DNA of 64,000 nt, from IMG/VR virus record IMGVR_UViG_3300020180_000013, positions 32,196 to 96,195 of that record; one strand, given 5' to 3'. Positions 38,372 to 48,392 of the stretch are shown piece by piece. The notes under the pieces were generated by a model, which was given only the letters and a program-made list of their open reading frames with translations, searched no databases and was not told the origin of the DNA. The stretch comes from a virus. Made by a program: the position numbers and the translations under genes. The first letter of the stretch is position 1. Every line of letters begins with the position of its first letter.

Positions 38372-38800
38372 TTATTTAAGAAAAATTAATTTATATTTTG
38401 TTGAATTAAATTGGGTTTTTACATTATCAAGATCATTAATAATCTCACTATAAGGCATTTTAACTTGTAAAGCTGTTACCATTGCTATCATATCTCTAAG
38501 ATACTTTACTCCATCATCTACAGACTTCAATATTTTAGGTGATACTTCAGTATAAACTAGAAGTTTTTCACTAGCTCCTTGGTATCCTTCTGCTACATCA
38601 TCAGCAAGTCCTGGTAATGCATCATAGATTTCATTAAGAGCTTTATGACCAGCATATGATCCGGTGCCAGTAATCTTAAGATGTAACTTATGAAAAGATA
38701 CTGCAGCATTCATTAATTCTGATACACAAGCAGCTGTTAAAGAATCTACTGATCCTGTTGTAGAGGACATACTTGCTAATTTTCTTGGTATCGTGTCCAT
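38372..38800 (-). CDS. Ferritin/Dps-like four-helix protein (DUF5856-like)
   Basis: FHKLHL...SYAGHKALNEIYD...DDVAEGYQG...KYKL signature. Confidence 0.8.
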   Translation of the reverse strand: MDTIPRKLASMSSTTGSVDSLTAACVSELMNAAVSFHKLHLKITGTGSYAGHKALNEIYDALPGLADDVAEGYQGASEKLLVYTEVSPKILKSVDDGVKYLRDMIAMVTALQVKMPYSEIINDLDNVKTQFNSTKYKLIFLK

Positions 38801-38809
38801 AAAATATAA

Positions 38810-39514
38810 TTAGTTATTCTTTTCTGCTGCCTGACTTTCTCTTGAGTACTGATTCATAGCTTCTATATCACCTGCTAGTATTGCTACAGTGTCATCAATG
38901 ATTACTTCAATGACATCATCTTTTAATTCTGAAGTTACATTAACTGTAACTACCTGTTGTGTTTCAAGACTTACACAACCTATAATCTGTATATTCCGGG
39001 GTTTTGTATAGTACACCATCTTTGTGGATGCTACTGTAAAATCTCCACCTGTATATACTCTGACTTTATTTCCTATTAAAGTAATAAAGGTTTCTCCCCA
39101 ATCATAACTTGGTCTTTTGTTTTCATCTTTGAGATAGTTAACAGCATTGGCTTCTTCTCCAAGATAGACTGTTATCAGGCGGGGCTCTTTGCAACAGTCT
39201 TTAGTTGCAAATAGCTCCAACCTTTTAAACTCTAAAAAATCTGCAGGTAATACACTTGATTCACTGAAGAGAGGAGCATGTACAAGTTCCATAGAAACTG
39301 TAGTTAGAAGAGTCTCAAGATCTGAAACTCTTCTTTTAGATTGCTCATCTCCTTGTCTTAGGATATTAGAACCTACTAGTTGTCTTCTGCACCATTCAAT
39401 TTGGGCCTTATTGAAAGCCTCAACAATTTGCCAGCATTCTATGTTATCATAGTCCTTGCTATCAAGCTTGTTGAGTCTTTCTTTAACCTTTATTTGAATA
39501 GCTGCATTATTCAT
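38810..39514 (-). CDS. Head-tail ring/adaptor protein
   Basis: 234 aa; LNKLDS...FNKAQ...EQSKRRVSDL...YYTKP pattern of crAss-like ring proteins. Confidence 0.62.
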   Translation of the reverse strand: MNNAAIQIKVKERLNKLDSKDYDNIECWQIVEAFNKAQIEWCRRQLVGSNILRQGDEQSKRRVSDLETLLTTVSMELVHAPLFSESSVLPADFLEFKRLELFATKDCCKEPRLITVYLGEEANAVNYLKDENKRPSYDWGETFITLIGNKVRVYTGGDFTVASTKMVYYTKPRNIQIIGCVSLETQQVVTVNVTSELKDDVIEVIIDDTVAILAGDIEAMNQYSRESQAAEKNN

Positions 39515-39517
39515 CTA

Positions 39518-39637
39518 CTACTTCTTTTTACCCATTTTTTTAACTGCTACACCTTTCTTTACAGAAGGGTTTACTTTTGCAGAAGAATTTGAATTTTTCA
39601 TTCCTCCTGTTTTGTAAGCTGGTTTTTTAGTTGTCAT
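39518..39637 (-). CDS. Tiny Lys-rich peptide (39 aa)
   Basis: Read manually: MTTKKPAYKTGGMKNSNSSAKVNPSVKKGVAVKKMGKKK, ending TAG TAG; exactly fills the intergenic gap. Confidence 0.65.
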   Translation of the reverse strand: MTTKKPAYKTGGMKNSNSSAKVNPSVKKGVAVKKMGKKK

Positions 39638-39639
39638 TT

Positions 39640-39831
39640 TTATTTACGATTTGATTTATCAAATGTTACTTTACCTCCTGATTCATGGCAAAATGGATAG
39701 TGTCCAGCATTTGCCTCAAATACTGACATAGGATTAGGATTTTTAACTCCTCCTACACCTTGTCCAGTTTTACCATATGCAGCTAATTTAGCAGCACCAA
39801 TAGCTGACTCTGTTTTGTTTGAATAATTCAT
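39640..39831 (-). CDS. Small hypothetical protein
   Basis: 63 aa, tightly packed, A-rich leader. Confidence 0.6.
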   Translation of the reverse strand: MNYSNKTESAIGAAKLAAYGKTGQGVGGVKNPNPMSVFEANAGHYPFCHESGGKVTFDKSNRK

Positions 39832-39853
39832 GATATTTTAGTTTTAGTTATTA

Positions 39854-40063
39854 TTAATTAGGAATTTTATTCTTATCCTGTGGAATTACTGTTTTGTACC
39901 TGGCATCCCTAGGACTTACCCGGCCAAGCTCTTTTATCTGAGCTGCATATTTAGATTCAGCATATGCTTTAGGATCTGCATACATATCATTGTATGCATC
40001 TACTAATCCAGATAGATACTCTTTGTTATCAAATTTCTGAATCTTAGGTTGTTTTATTGCCAT
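39854..40063 (-). CDS. Small hypothetical protein
   Basis: 69 aa, tightly packed. Confidence 0.6.
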   Translation of the reverse strand: MAIKQPKIQKFDNKEYLSGLVDAYNDMYADPKAYAESKYAAQIKELGRVSPRDARYKTVIPQDKNKIPN

Positions 40064-40065
40064 GG

Positions 40066-40554
40066 TTATTTAGTTTTAATATTATTTATAGATAAATACT
40101 TTATTAAATTTAGTAAAATTGTAGTATCATCATTAACTAGTCCTAACATGATGTTACACTTACTACATAATAAGCCTCTAACTTCTCCAGTTTTATGATC
40201 ATGATCTACTGCTAATGCTTTACTTAATTCTGATTGATGTATTTTACATATTAAACACTGACCATATTGATTAATAAATAATTTATTATAATCATCTAAA
40301 GATATATTATATTTCTTTTTATAGATACTATTTCTATAACTATTTTTATATCTTTCTTTATCATAAGAAGATCTTATTTTATCTCTCTTCCTGTTATATT
40401 TATCTACTATATGAGGATTCTTATTTCTATATTTTTTTACTCTTTTTTTAATTTCAACTTTATTTTTTAAATAATGAATATGATTTCTTTCTTTAATCCT
40501 ATTTTTATTCTTCTGATACCATTCTTTTGAATATTCTGATCTATCTTTACTCAT
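40066..40554 (-). CDS. Endonuclease VII-family (His-Me finger) homing endonuclease
   Basis: CLIC...LAVDHDHKTGEVRGLLCSKCN. Confidence 0.92.
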   Translation of the reverse strand: MSKDRSEYSKEWYQKNKNRIKERNHIHYLKNKVEIKKRVKKYRNKNPHIVDKYNRKRDKIRSSYDKERYKNSYRNSIYKKKYNISLDDYNKLFINQYGQCLICKIHQSELSKALAVDHDHKTGEVRGLLCSKCNIMLGLVNDDTTILLNLIKYLSINNIKTK

Positions 40555-40561
40555 AGATCCA

Positions 40562-41578
40562 CTAACTGTTCCACTGTTTTTCTATTGCTTTCATTACAGC
40601 ATTTAATACTTGATCATTAAGAGTATTTCTGAAGAATTCCAAAATATCAGATGCATTTCTTCCTAGTAATGTATTAGAATTAATATGGTAGATAAAACCA
40701 TCTGATTTAGGAGCTATCTCTTTATAGAATGTAGCATCTTTTATAAGGGCCCTTAATTTAAGAGTCTCCATATCTAGTTCTGCTGTATCTACAAATTGTC
40801 TTGCTGCTCTTTTCTTATTAGTTTCTGATCCTTCTCCAGAGATGTATCTATCCATGTTATCATAGACAATATCATTTGGAGTACTCTTTTTATACTGTGC
40901 CGAGTTTGTGTCTACTACTTTTGCTATATAAAGAAGCTTTGTAGCATTCTTATCATATAGTTTTTGTAGTTCTGCAATAGCCCGGTTCTTAAGTTTTTTA
41001 TACTCAGTTGTAGTACTTATTGTTTCCTGGTACTTATCAAGAAAGAATTTAGGAGGAACTGCTCTTGATCTTGCATCCTCATAGTTTTTAGCAACAATAG
41101 AAAAACCACCTGCCTCTATAGCACATAACTTAATAAGATCATAAGGATCTTTATTAGGTTCAAGATATAAAGGTTCATTTCCACATCTAATTGAGATCAG
41201 ACTCCAGAATTCATGATTATCCGGTTTTAGTAATTTAACCTTATTCCAGAATTCTTTGTCATCAATTTCTATAACATTAGCTGAAAGTTGTTTCTCACAC
41301 TCTGCTACAATAGTTCTTATCTCTTTAATTCTTGCTTCTTTTAATTCTGAAGGAAGAAGTTTTACATCTGGAGCAAATTCATTAAGGCCAGTAACATATC
41401 TTTTTACACCATTCATCTCAAGACATGCTAATTGTTCTTCATGATATACACCATCATGTAAAGAAAGACCATACTTCTCTAATCCCATGTTTGACATTGA
41501 ATTATCGAAGTATGGTTTAACTGATATAGATCCATGCTTTAGCTGTGGATACTTTTCTACTATGTTTAGATTACTCAT
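40562..41578 (-). CDS. Conserved hypothetical head-module protein
   Basis: 338 aa, downstream of the MCP; no catalytic motif recognised. Confidence 0.55.
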   Translation of the reverse strand: MSNLNIVEKYPQLKHGSISVKPYFDNSMSNMGLEKYGLSLHDGVYHEEQLACLEMNGVKRYVTGLNEFAPDVKLLPSELKEARIKEIRTIVAECEKQLSANVIEIDDKEFWNKVKLLKPDNHEFWSLISIRCGNEPLYLEPNKDPYDLIKLCAIEAGGFSIVAKNYEDARSRAVPPKFFLDKYQETISTTTEYKKLKNRAIAELQKLYDKNATKLLYIAKVVDTNSAQYKKSTPNDIVYDNMDRYISGEGSETNKKRAARQFVDTAELDMETLKLRALIKDATFYKEIAPKSDGFIYHINSNTLLGRNASDILEFFRNTLNDQVLNAVMKAIEKQWNS

Positions 41579-41621
41579 TAGTTGTTGGTTTTTTTGATTG
41601 TTGGTTTAACTTAATTGAAAT

Positions 41622-42047
41622 CTATTGAAATACTTTTACTGTAAAAGATCCACTGGCAGGATTAATTGCTCCTGCAGAGTAGTTGTTAAATCTTACTGTT
41701 ACTGTATCTGCTGCACTAACAAAAGCTGTATAAGATGAATTAGCATTTGGAGCAGCAGGTGTTCCTAAAGAAACTGCATTACCTACTACTGCTCCTGCTA
41801 CAGTGATTGTTAAATCAGAAGATGTTTGAGTAAGTGTATTAGGAAAATCTAAAGTAGCTGTGCCACTTAAAATAGCACCTAATGCTGCAACTGTATCAGA
41901 AATACAACATAGCATATCTATGATGTGATTAAGATGCCCAAATTTGGCCAAGGCCATATCTGCATCTTTTTTAAGGAATGGATCAGGAGATAAGGGCCTG
42001 AAGTGACAACATGCGTCTTGTGGACATTCTGGACAAACTATAGCCAT
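41622..42047 (-). CDS. Putative capsid decoration/head fibre protein
   Basis: 141 aa right after the MCP; C-terminal ITVAGAVVG...AFVSAADTVTVRF beta domain. Confidence 0.6.
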   Translation of the reverse strand: MAIVCPECPQDACCHFRPLSPDPFLKKDADMALAKFGHLNHIIDMLCCISDTVAALGAILSGTATLDFPNTLTQTSSDLTITVAGAVVGNAVSLGTPAAPNANSSYTAFVSAADTVTVRFNNYSAGAINPASGSFTVKVFQ

Positions 42048-42079
42048 TTTATTTAAGTTTTTAAATTATTAATATTTAT

Positions 42080-42141
42080 ACTCACTCCAGTCCTGGTCAT
42101 GCTTATGAGGTCATCTCTTGCAGACCAGGATCAGAGTCAGT
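42080..42141 (-). other. Long imperfect RNA hairpin immediately 3' of the major capsid gene
   Basis: Arms ACTGACTC..TCCTGGTC.TGC / GCA.GACCAGGA..GAGTGAGT on the minus strand; no U-tract. Confidence 0.7.
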
Positions 42142-42145
42142 AATA

Positions 42146-43762
42146 CTAGAAGCTGAATCCAGTAATAGGGTTTCTCATTACAATTTTTAACACCTTAGTT
42201 GGATCTTTAACCCAAAGAGCCGGCATTGTTTGTGTCATCATAACTCTGTATCCATTAAATTGACCAGATGATTGGAAACCTTGAGGTCTTCCCATGTAGT
42301 CCATTGTTCCATTTTGGTAGAACCATTTCAATTGGTTATCCCAAGATAGTTTCAATAAGAAGATATTATCATTACCATGATCAGTAACATCAAATATGAT
42401 GAATGAATATGATGATAATGGTCTTCCATCAATGATTGGATTTTCTATATCATTTGTATGTAAATTATCAAATGCAGGATTCAACACAAACTTAACATTA
42501 GCCAAGAAAGGGATAACATAAGAAGTGTAAGCAAATCCAAAGTTAAGATCCATTCCTGATCCTGTAATAGCTCCTACATCAGAAGCATTAATTACAAGTC
42601 CTGAATTTACTGCTTCACGTTTGATAGCTTCATTTACTAGTTTCATTCCACCAATTCCTGTTTGAACAATAAGTGATCTCTTAGGATCTGGACCTTGGAA
42701 TTCAACTTTACCGGCATAGAAATTATAAATTTCTGATTTGAATAAATCAAGAGTAAATCCTGATTTGTTATAAACCCTTTTGAAGGAGTTATCAAGTTGT
42801 CTCCAAAGACCTACTGATAATCTCATATCATCTGGACCATCTTGTTTAATTCTACCACCATGTCCCCACATTAAGTAAGTTTCAATGTCAGTAGCTACTT
42901 TACTTAAGTGAGCTGCTTCCATAGTAGTTAAGAATGTTCTGGATAAATTTCCATTTTCCATTGCTTTCTTAACATAATCTTTACCCATTACAGTAACCAT
43001 GTTCTCTAAAGAAGTAACTGAAGGATCAACATTTTTATCAAATGTTCTCCAAATTTCAGTAACTGGGATTGAACCATTAGCATTCAATCCACCTTTGATC
43101 ATAAGATCAGCTCTTGAAGAAATAGAATAGTGAACATGTGCTTCAGCTCCACCTACATAGTTGTAAAATTGACGGAAACCTGTAGCTGTTCTGATGTCAG
43201 AAAACCTTTCACCATACTCACCTCTTGCAGAACCTTTTCTGAATACTTTGGTACCTGCAGTAAGATATTTATTTTCTAAGAATTTGTAATTGTCATTGTT
43301 TACAAGTTGTACAGTATAGATGTATCCATCTCCCATTGGAAGAATGTCATCAGCTGTTATGTACATCTCAACTCCATTGTATTTGTCATAAGTGATAATA
43401 TCACCATGTCCAAATTCTCTTTTGTTGATCTTAACATGAAAAGTTGTACCATCAACACCTTTTGTTGTGTTAGTTGGTTCAATGTCTTCAATGATATAAG
43501 GTAAATCTTGTACAACTGGAGTTTCCCATTTGTATTCTCCTCTAACGTTATCTACCATGATGATGTTCTTACCACCAAAAGAAGATAGTTGATAAAGAGG
43601 CATTTCTACTTTCTGTGCCATAGCCCAAAGGTCTACTGGACCAAGATCCATAGGTTCTTCACTCTTCAACATATTCACCAAGTGATAAGAATCCACATGT
43701 GAGGATACTTGATAAGATGTATCTCTAAGGAAGATACCATTATTTAATACTGGAGTTGCCAT
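42146..43762 (-). CDS. Major capsid protein (crAss-like HK97 fold)
   Basis: 538 aa; position portal-scaffold-MCP; EYKW, ETYLMWG, VGLWRQL, VQTGIGG and WVKDPTK motifs. Confidence 0.85.
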   Translation of the reverse strand: MATPVLNNGIFLRDTSYQVSSHVDSYHLVNMLKSEEPMDLGPVDLWAMAQKVEMPLYQLSSFGGKNIIMVDNVRGEYKWETPVVQDLPYIIEDIEPTNTTKGVDGTTFHVKINKREFGHGDIITYDKYNGVEMYITADDILPMGDGYIYTVQLVNNDNYKFLENKYLTAGTKVFRKGSARGEYGERFSDIRTATGFRQFYNYVGGAEAHVHYSISSRADLMIKGGLNANGSIPVTEIWRTFDKNVDPSVTSLENMVTVMGKDYVKKAMENGNLSRTFLTTMEAAHLSKVATDIETYLMWGHGGRIKQDGPDDMRLSVGLWRQLDNSFKRVYNKSGFTLDLFKSEIYNFYAGKVEFQGPDPKRSLIVQTGIGGMKLVNEAIKREAVNSGLVINASDVGAITGSGMDLNFGFAYTSYVIPFLANVKFVLNPAFDNLHTNDIENPIIDGRPLSSYSFIIFDVTDHGNDNIFLLKLSWDNQLKWFYQNGTMDYMGRPQGFQSSGQFNGYRVMMTQTMPALWVKDPTKVLKIVMRNPITGFSF

Positions 43763-43810
43763 TCTTGATTGTTTTAGTTATTATTATTTATTGTTTATTA
43801 TTATTTGTTA

Positions 43811-45091
43811 TTATCTTTTAAAGAAACCATCATTTCTTTTGACAGTTCTTACTTTTTGTTCATCTTTTTCTATAACTGGTGAAGAACTAATTTTTTTAGA
43901 TTCTTCAGTTTTTAATTTTCTTACTGTCTCTTCTACTTGTGCATTTTTGCCAATATCTTTTACCTTTGCTTTGTATCCTTCTGGATCTGCTAAAAGCCAT
44001 AGAGCTTCTGCTATTAGACCATGGTTAGGTTCAACAAACTGATACTTCTCCAAAAGGTGTCCCAAAAGATTTGTTTGTTTTCCTGATATAGATGGATAGT
44101 TTGGTTGAACTAATCCGGAATATAACATACCTTGAGTTTTCTTATCTAGTTTTATACCATTAAGTTCTGAAGGCTTTAATGTCTCATATACATTGTTCAT
44201 GTATGTAGATGATGCTTCTGATTGTTGTCTTCTTAAATTCTCTTGATAAGCTAGCTTTTGAGCTACTCTACTCTCACTCATCTTATCCAATTTAGGTTTA
44301 AACTTAGTAGCTCTATCTGCTAGTTTGTTTAAATCCTTCAAGGAGTCTATCTCCTCATTTATTTCTTCTACTGTCCCGAAATTTGTAGCCTTAAGATATT
44401 CTTTTACTATAACTTCATGGTCTTCTGGTTTTTCAGGATCTAGTGTTCTTGTTTCTTCTACTTGGGCTAGAGCCTGGAATAGAGCTTTCATATCTGTTCC
44501 ACCATCAGCATGATATTTAGCTGCATATTGTAATTCTTCCGGAAGAGAATCAAAGAACTCAATAGGAGTTTTTTCTTTAATTCTATTCTCTCTATCTGTA
44601 ATATTAGCTTCTAGTAATTCTTCAATGTCTTTTACACTATAATCATCTACTGATTTCTCATCATCAAAGGGAACAATAAGTCCTCTCTCAATAAGTTTTT
44701 TTGTAAGTTCTATAGCACCATCTTTTACAACTTTAGGTCTACCAGTAGTAGCTCCTTCATTATCTTCAGTAGCTGGTTTTTCTCCATATATCTCATCTAG
44801 AATTTCACTAAGTGCTGGAGTTATAGTTTCTTCTTTTGTAGGAGCAGCTACATTTGTGGTAGCAGTTGCAGGAGCAGCAGTCTCTGCTGGTTTAGTAGCA
44901 GGAGCTTTAGTTTCTTTTTTATTTATAAATGTTAAATCAACAGTATTTGTTCTATTAAAAATACTTGGTTTTTGACCTTCTTCAGGAAGTAATACACTGT
45001 CAGTACCTGGGGCACCTAGTATATCATTAAGATCATTATCACTGATCTCAACTTGCTGAATATTAGTTATTTCTTTTGCTATTTCTGCCAT
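43811..45091 (-). CDS. Putative scaffolding/head assembly protein
   Basis: 426 aa, acidic with a disordered N-terminus, helical, ends in basic FFKR; directly upstream of the MCP. Confidence 0.6.
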   Translation of the reverse strand: MAEIAKEITNIQQVEISDNDLNDILGAPGTDSVLLPEEGQKPSIFNRTNTVDLTFINKKETKAPATKPAETAAPATATTNVAAPTKEETITPALSEILDEIYGEKPATEDNEGATTGRPKVVKDGAIELTKKLIERGLIVPFDDEKSVDDYSVKDIEELLEANITDRENRIKEKTPIEFFDSLPEELQYAAKYHADGGTDMKALFQALAQVEETRTLDPEKPEDHEVIVKEYLKATNFGTVEEINEEIDSLKDLNKLADRATKFKPKLDKMSESRVAQKLAYQENLRRQQSEASSTYMNNVYETLKPSELNGIKLDKKTQGMLYSGLVQPNYPSISGKQTNLLGHLLEKYQFVEPNHGLIAEALWLLADPEGYKAKVKDIGKNAQVEETVRKLKTEESKKISSSPVIEKDEQKVRTVKRNDGFFKR

Positions 45092-45126
45092 TTTCTGTTG
45101 GTTTGTTGGTTTAGGATTATGTCAAA

Positions 45127-45552
45127 TTAGTAGTTCTTTAAATAATTTATTGCATTTTCTAAGATCTGTATATTGTCTTTAGCTAATCCTATCATTACAT
45201 TACATTTAAAACATAATAATCCTCTAATTTTTCCTGTCTTGTGATCATGATCTATAGCTAGTGCTTTTTTAAATTCAACTTGATGTTTGTTACATATAGC
45301 ACATTCTCCATTTTGGAGTGTAAATAAATTATTATATTCTTCAATAGATAGATAGGGTTTATGTTTGTCTTTTAAAATACGTCTTTTAAATACTTGATTA
45401 TTCTTAAGTCCTTCTTGATATTTTCTTTGATATTCTTTCCTATCTCTTTTATGTGTTTTTGCGTATTTTCTATAATAATCCTTTCTATCTACTCTATTTT
45501 TATATTTTTTGTAATATTCTTTTTGATATTCTTTTCTATCTATCCTCTTCAT
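45127..45552 (-). CDS. Endonuclease VII-family homing endonuclease
   Basis: CAIC...LAIDHDHKTGKIRGLLCFKCN. Confidence 0.92.
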   Translation of the reverse strand: MKRIDRKEYQKEYYKKYKNRVDRKDYYRKYAKTHKRDRKEYQRKYQEGLKNNQVFKRRILKDKHKPYLSIEEYNNLFTLQNGECAICNKHQVEFKKALAIDHDHKTGKIRGLLCFKCNVMIGLAKDNIQILENAINYLKNY

Positions 45553-45572
45553 TATTCTTTATACTGATGCAT

Positions 45573-45592
45573 CAAATATAGGTTTAAACTTA
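45573..45592 (-). promoter_or_regulatory. Bacteroidota-type -7 element (TATATTTG) abutting palindrome TAAGTTTAAACCT
   Basis: Matches TAnnTTTG, 20 nt upstream of the ATG at 45552. Confidence 0.55.
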
Positions 45593-45640
45593 TTAGATTT
45601 ATAACTAAATGTAAAATTCTTCTCATGATATGGCTATCTA

Positions 45641-48391
45641 CTACTTCTTTTTCTTAGCCGGTGGAGTAGGTTTATCAAACCTATTTTTGTTTCTAATAGC
45701 TATTTGAAGTTGTTTATCTGCTACTTCTTTAGAGGCAAGAATCTTCTCTCTTTCTATCTGTAATTTATCTAAATGTGCTTGTTGCTGATTTGTTACTTTT
45801 AGTTGATTAATATTCATTGTTTGTTGGAATTGATCAGATTTTTGTATATCAGCTAAAACGTCCTGGTAGTCACTAACTGCATTCTTGTTTATATCTTGCA
45901 TAGCTCCATATCCTGCAGCTTTTATTTCAGCTTCAAGTATTCCAGCTTGTCTGTCTTTTTCATTCTCAGATGCTTCAAATTCTTGCTTGAGTCTTGCTTC
46001 TTCTATCTTAGCTTTAATAGCTTGATCTTGTAGTTCAGCAGCAGCTTGTTGTTCTTGTAGTTTGCTAGCCTGTACTTTTTCTTCAGAGACTTTCAATACA
46101 TTTTCTATCTCAGCTATTGATTCAGTTTTAATAATATGACTAAGATCATAAATAGATGCTGTAGAAGTATTATTGTTTAGAGCCAGTTCTTTTAGCTGTT
46201 CCAGTACAGCCCGGGTATTTGCTTTTGTAGTACAGAAAATATTTAGATCTCTGAGTAATAAATCAGTTCCATTAATTCTGAAATTAACCTTGTCTTCTGC
46301 AGTAGTGAGGTATTGTAATCTTAGAGATGGTTTTTTAGTTTGATAATATTGAGCCAGATCAGTTCTCATTTGGTGTACTCTAGGCATCAAGTAATCACAG
46401 TGCTGAATAAAATAAGTTTCAGTCTGTGCATATGAGTTAGATAAAGCTACTCTTACTCCTGTAGCTGTAGCATGTTCTACTTCTCCTCCTAATCTCTGTG
46501 GAGTAATACCAATAGTTTCAAAAGCTTGCTCTTTGAAATATCTGGCAAGATTTATTCTTGAAAGTAATCTATTAGTCTGCTCAAGATCTAGTTTTTGAAA
46601 GTGAGTATTACTTATAGCATTTTCTGTATTTGATATAGTTGTATCAAGAGGAAGAATCTGAAAGTTCTTCATTGCTACATAAGCCTTGGCATAATTGTTT
46701 TTACCCCAGTCTTCTCCTAATGAGTGTCTTGGTAATGCATTCTGATCAAGAGCAATTACTGTTCCTAATTCATCAATAAGGATATCAGCAATTTGATTAT
46801 TGACAATGTTGTATGCTATCTGAAATGGTTTCATTAAATCTACCATAGCAGTAGATCGGGTATTTCTATCTGAGAATACTGAACCTTCTACAGGAAGTTT
46901 ACAACCATATACTGTGGTATCTCCTTTATACTGAAAAGGAAGTCTTCCCATTTTATTCTGATTTATTCCTAGATATATTGGAGTTACTCCACCATTACCT
47001 GGCATTCCCCAGTAGCTTGGTCTATTAGGTCCAATCTTTACTGCACCACATGACTCATTAATCCATATCCAATCTATATGTTCTCCAAAGAGGAGGTTTT
47101 CTCTTTTCTTGTTTTTAAATAATGTTGTATCATAAATTGGTTTATCTACTATCTTGTGTCCCTCATCTACTATATTCTGAGTAGATATTCCATTCTCATC
47201 TATAGATGTAAGATGTCCTACTTTTCTTTGAGTCTTCCAATATGCTGTAGTTACTCTTAGGTAATAAGCTTGTCCTAATTCATAATAATCTTCCTGCTCA
47301 CTCATGATCCAGTTAACAACATCTCCACCAGCCTCAAAGTTATCCCACATAGATGCATATTGTCTATAACCTAATGATGGCATATTAACATTCCATTCAT
47401 GAGATTTAGTAGCATCATAGTAACTTCCATCATTCTGATATCCCTGGATAGCATATCCTGCAGATCTGACTGGATAAATAGCTTCTAATGACTTGGTTTG
47501 TTCTTCAGTCATGATCCAACCATACTTATCTATAACATCAGGAACAGTCATCATCTCTGTTTTTCCTACCCAATTTCCTTCTGATACATATCTTACATCA
47601 GGAGACTTATGATAAAAAGTAAGTACCGGATTCCATAGTTCTATCTCATAGTCATCTTCCATCATTCTGAAATGCCAGAATTCTCTATCTGTAATAAGCA
47701 TATCCCGGAATGCCCTTTCTTCAAGTTCTTCCATATGAAATCTTTCAACATCAACCTTATGTTGGTGTTCTGCCCACTCTTCAGGAATATTTCTATATGT
47801 CTTGGAGAAGAATCTTTGTATTTCTGGAAGAGATTTTAGATTTTGAGGATCTATTTGTTGTTGATATTCTTCAGATGCTGGATCTAGGCCGGCCTCCTGA
47901 AGTTTTATTAATACCTTTTGTTGAGCATCAGATAAGAGAACATCTTCTACTTGTTGTCTCTTCATTTCTAACATCTCATTATATGAGTAATCATCAACTG
48001 TTCTGAAGGATACTCCAGTGTGCCTTTTAGCAAACTCAGATACCATTGTGTTGATAACATTAGGAATAATAGGATAGAACTTAAGCTCTAGAGCTGAAGA
48101 ATCTTCCTTTGTAAGAGTATCAATCAACTCAGCATATTCCTGGTCTTCCTCAACTATATAATCTGTTTTATCAATTATACCTTTAGCAAGCTTATAATTC
48201 TTCATTAATCTCCTGGCATTTCTTCTAACTTGCTTGAGACCTTGCCATTCCAACCAATCCATATTACTGGCCCACCATTGGTCATCCTTTTCATCTCTTG
48301 GAAGAAACTGAACTGGCATAATTAAAGTTCCAAGTCTTTGAGAATCAGCCTTTTTACCACTTTTTAATTGTAATGCGTTTAGAACCTCCAT
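45641..48391 (-). CDS. Portal protein
   Basis: 916 aa after TerL; FYPIIPNVIN, VDLMKPFQIAYN, IGITPQRLG; long C-terminal coiled-coil barrel. Confidence 0.88.
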   Translation of the reverse strand: MEVLNALQLKSGKKADSQRLGTLIMPVQFLPRDEKDDQWWASNMDWLEWQGLKQVRRNARRLMKNYKLAKGIIDKTDYIVEEDQEYAELIDTLTKEDSSALELKFYPIIPNVINTMVSEFAKRHTGVSFRTVDDYSYNEMLEMKRQQVEDVLLSDAQQKVLIKLQEAGLDPASEEYQQQIDPQNLKSLPEIQRFFSKTYRNIPEEWAEHQHKVDVERFHMEELEERAFRDMLITDREFWHFRMMEDDYEIELWNPVLTFYHKSPDVRYVSEGNWVGKTEMMTVPDVIDKYGWIMTEEQTKSLEAIYPVRSAGYAIQGYQNDGSYYDATKSHEWNVNMPSLGYRQYASMWDNFEAGGDVVNWIMSEQEDYYELGQAYYLRVTTAYWKTQRKVGHLTSIDENGISTQNIVDEGHKIVDKPIYDTTLFKNKKRENLLFGEHIDWIWINESCGAVKIGPNRPSYWGMPGNGGVTPIYLGINQNKMGRLPFQYKGDTTVYGCKLPVEGSVFSDRNTRSTAMVDLMKPFQIAYNIVNNQIADILIDELGTVIALDQNALPRHSLGEDWGKNNYAKAYVAMKNFQILPLDTTISNTENAISNTHFQKLDLEQTNRLLSRINLARYFKEQAFETIGITPQRLGGEVEHATATGVRVALSNSYAQTETYFIQHCDYLMPRVHQMRTDLAQYYQTKKPSLRLQYLTTAEDKVNFRINGTDLLLRDLNIFCTTKANTRAVLEQLKELALNNNTSTASIYDLSHIIKTESIAEIENVLKVSEEKVQASKLQEQQAAAELQDQAIKAKIEEARLKQEFEASENEKDRQAGILEAEIKAAGYGAMQDINKNAVSDYQDVLADIQKSDQFQQTMNINQLKVTNQQQAHLDKLQIEREKILASKEVADKQLQIAIRNKNRFDKPTPPAKKKK

Positions 48392-48392
48392 T

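Noticed and set aside
42080-42148. Hairpin-stimulated read-through of the MCP stop
   Set aside because: The frame hits TGA two codons later (TAG TAT TAC TGA).
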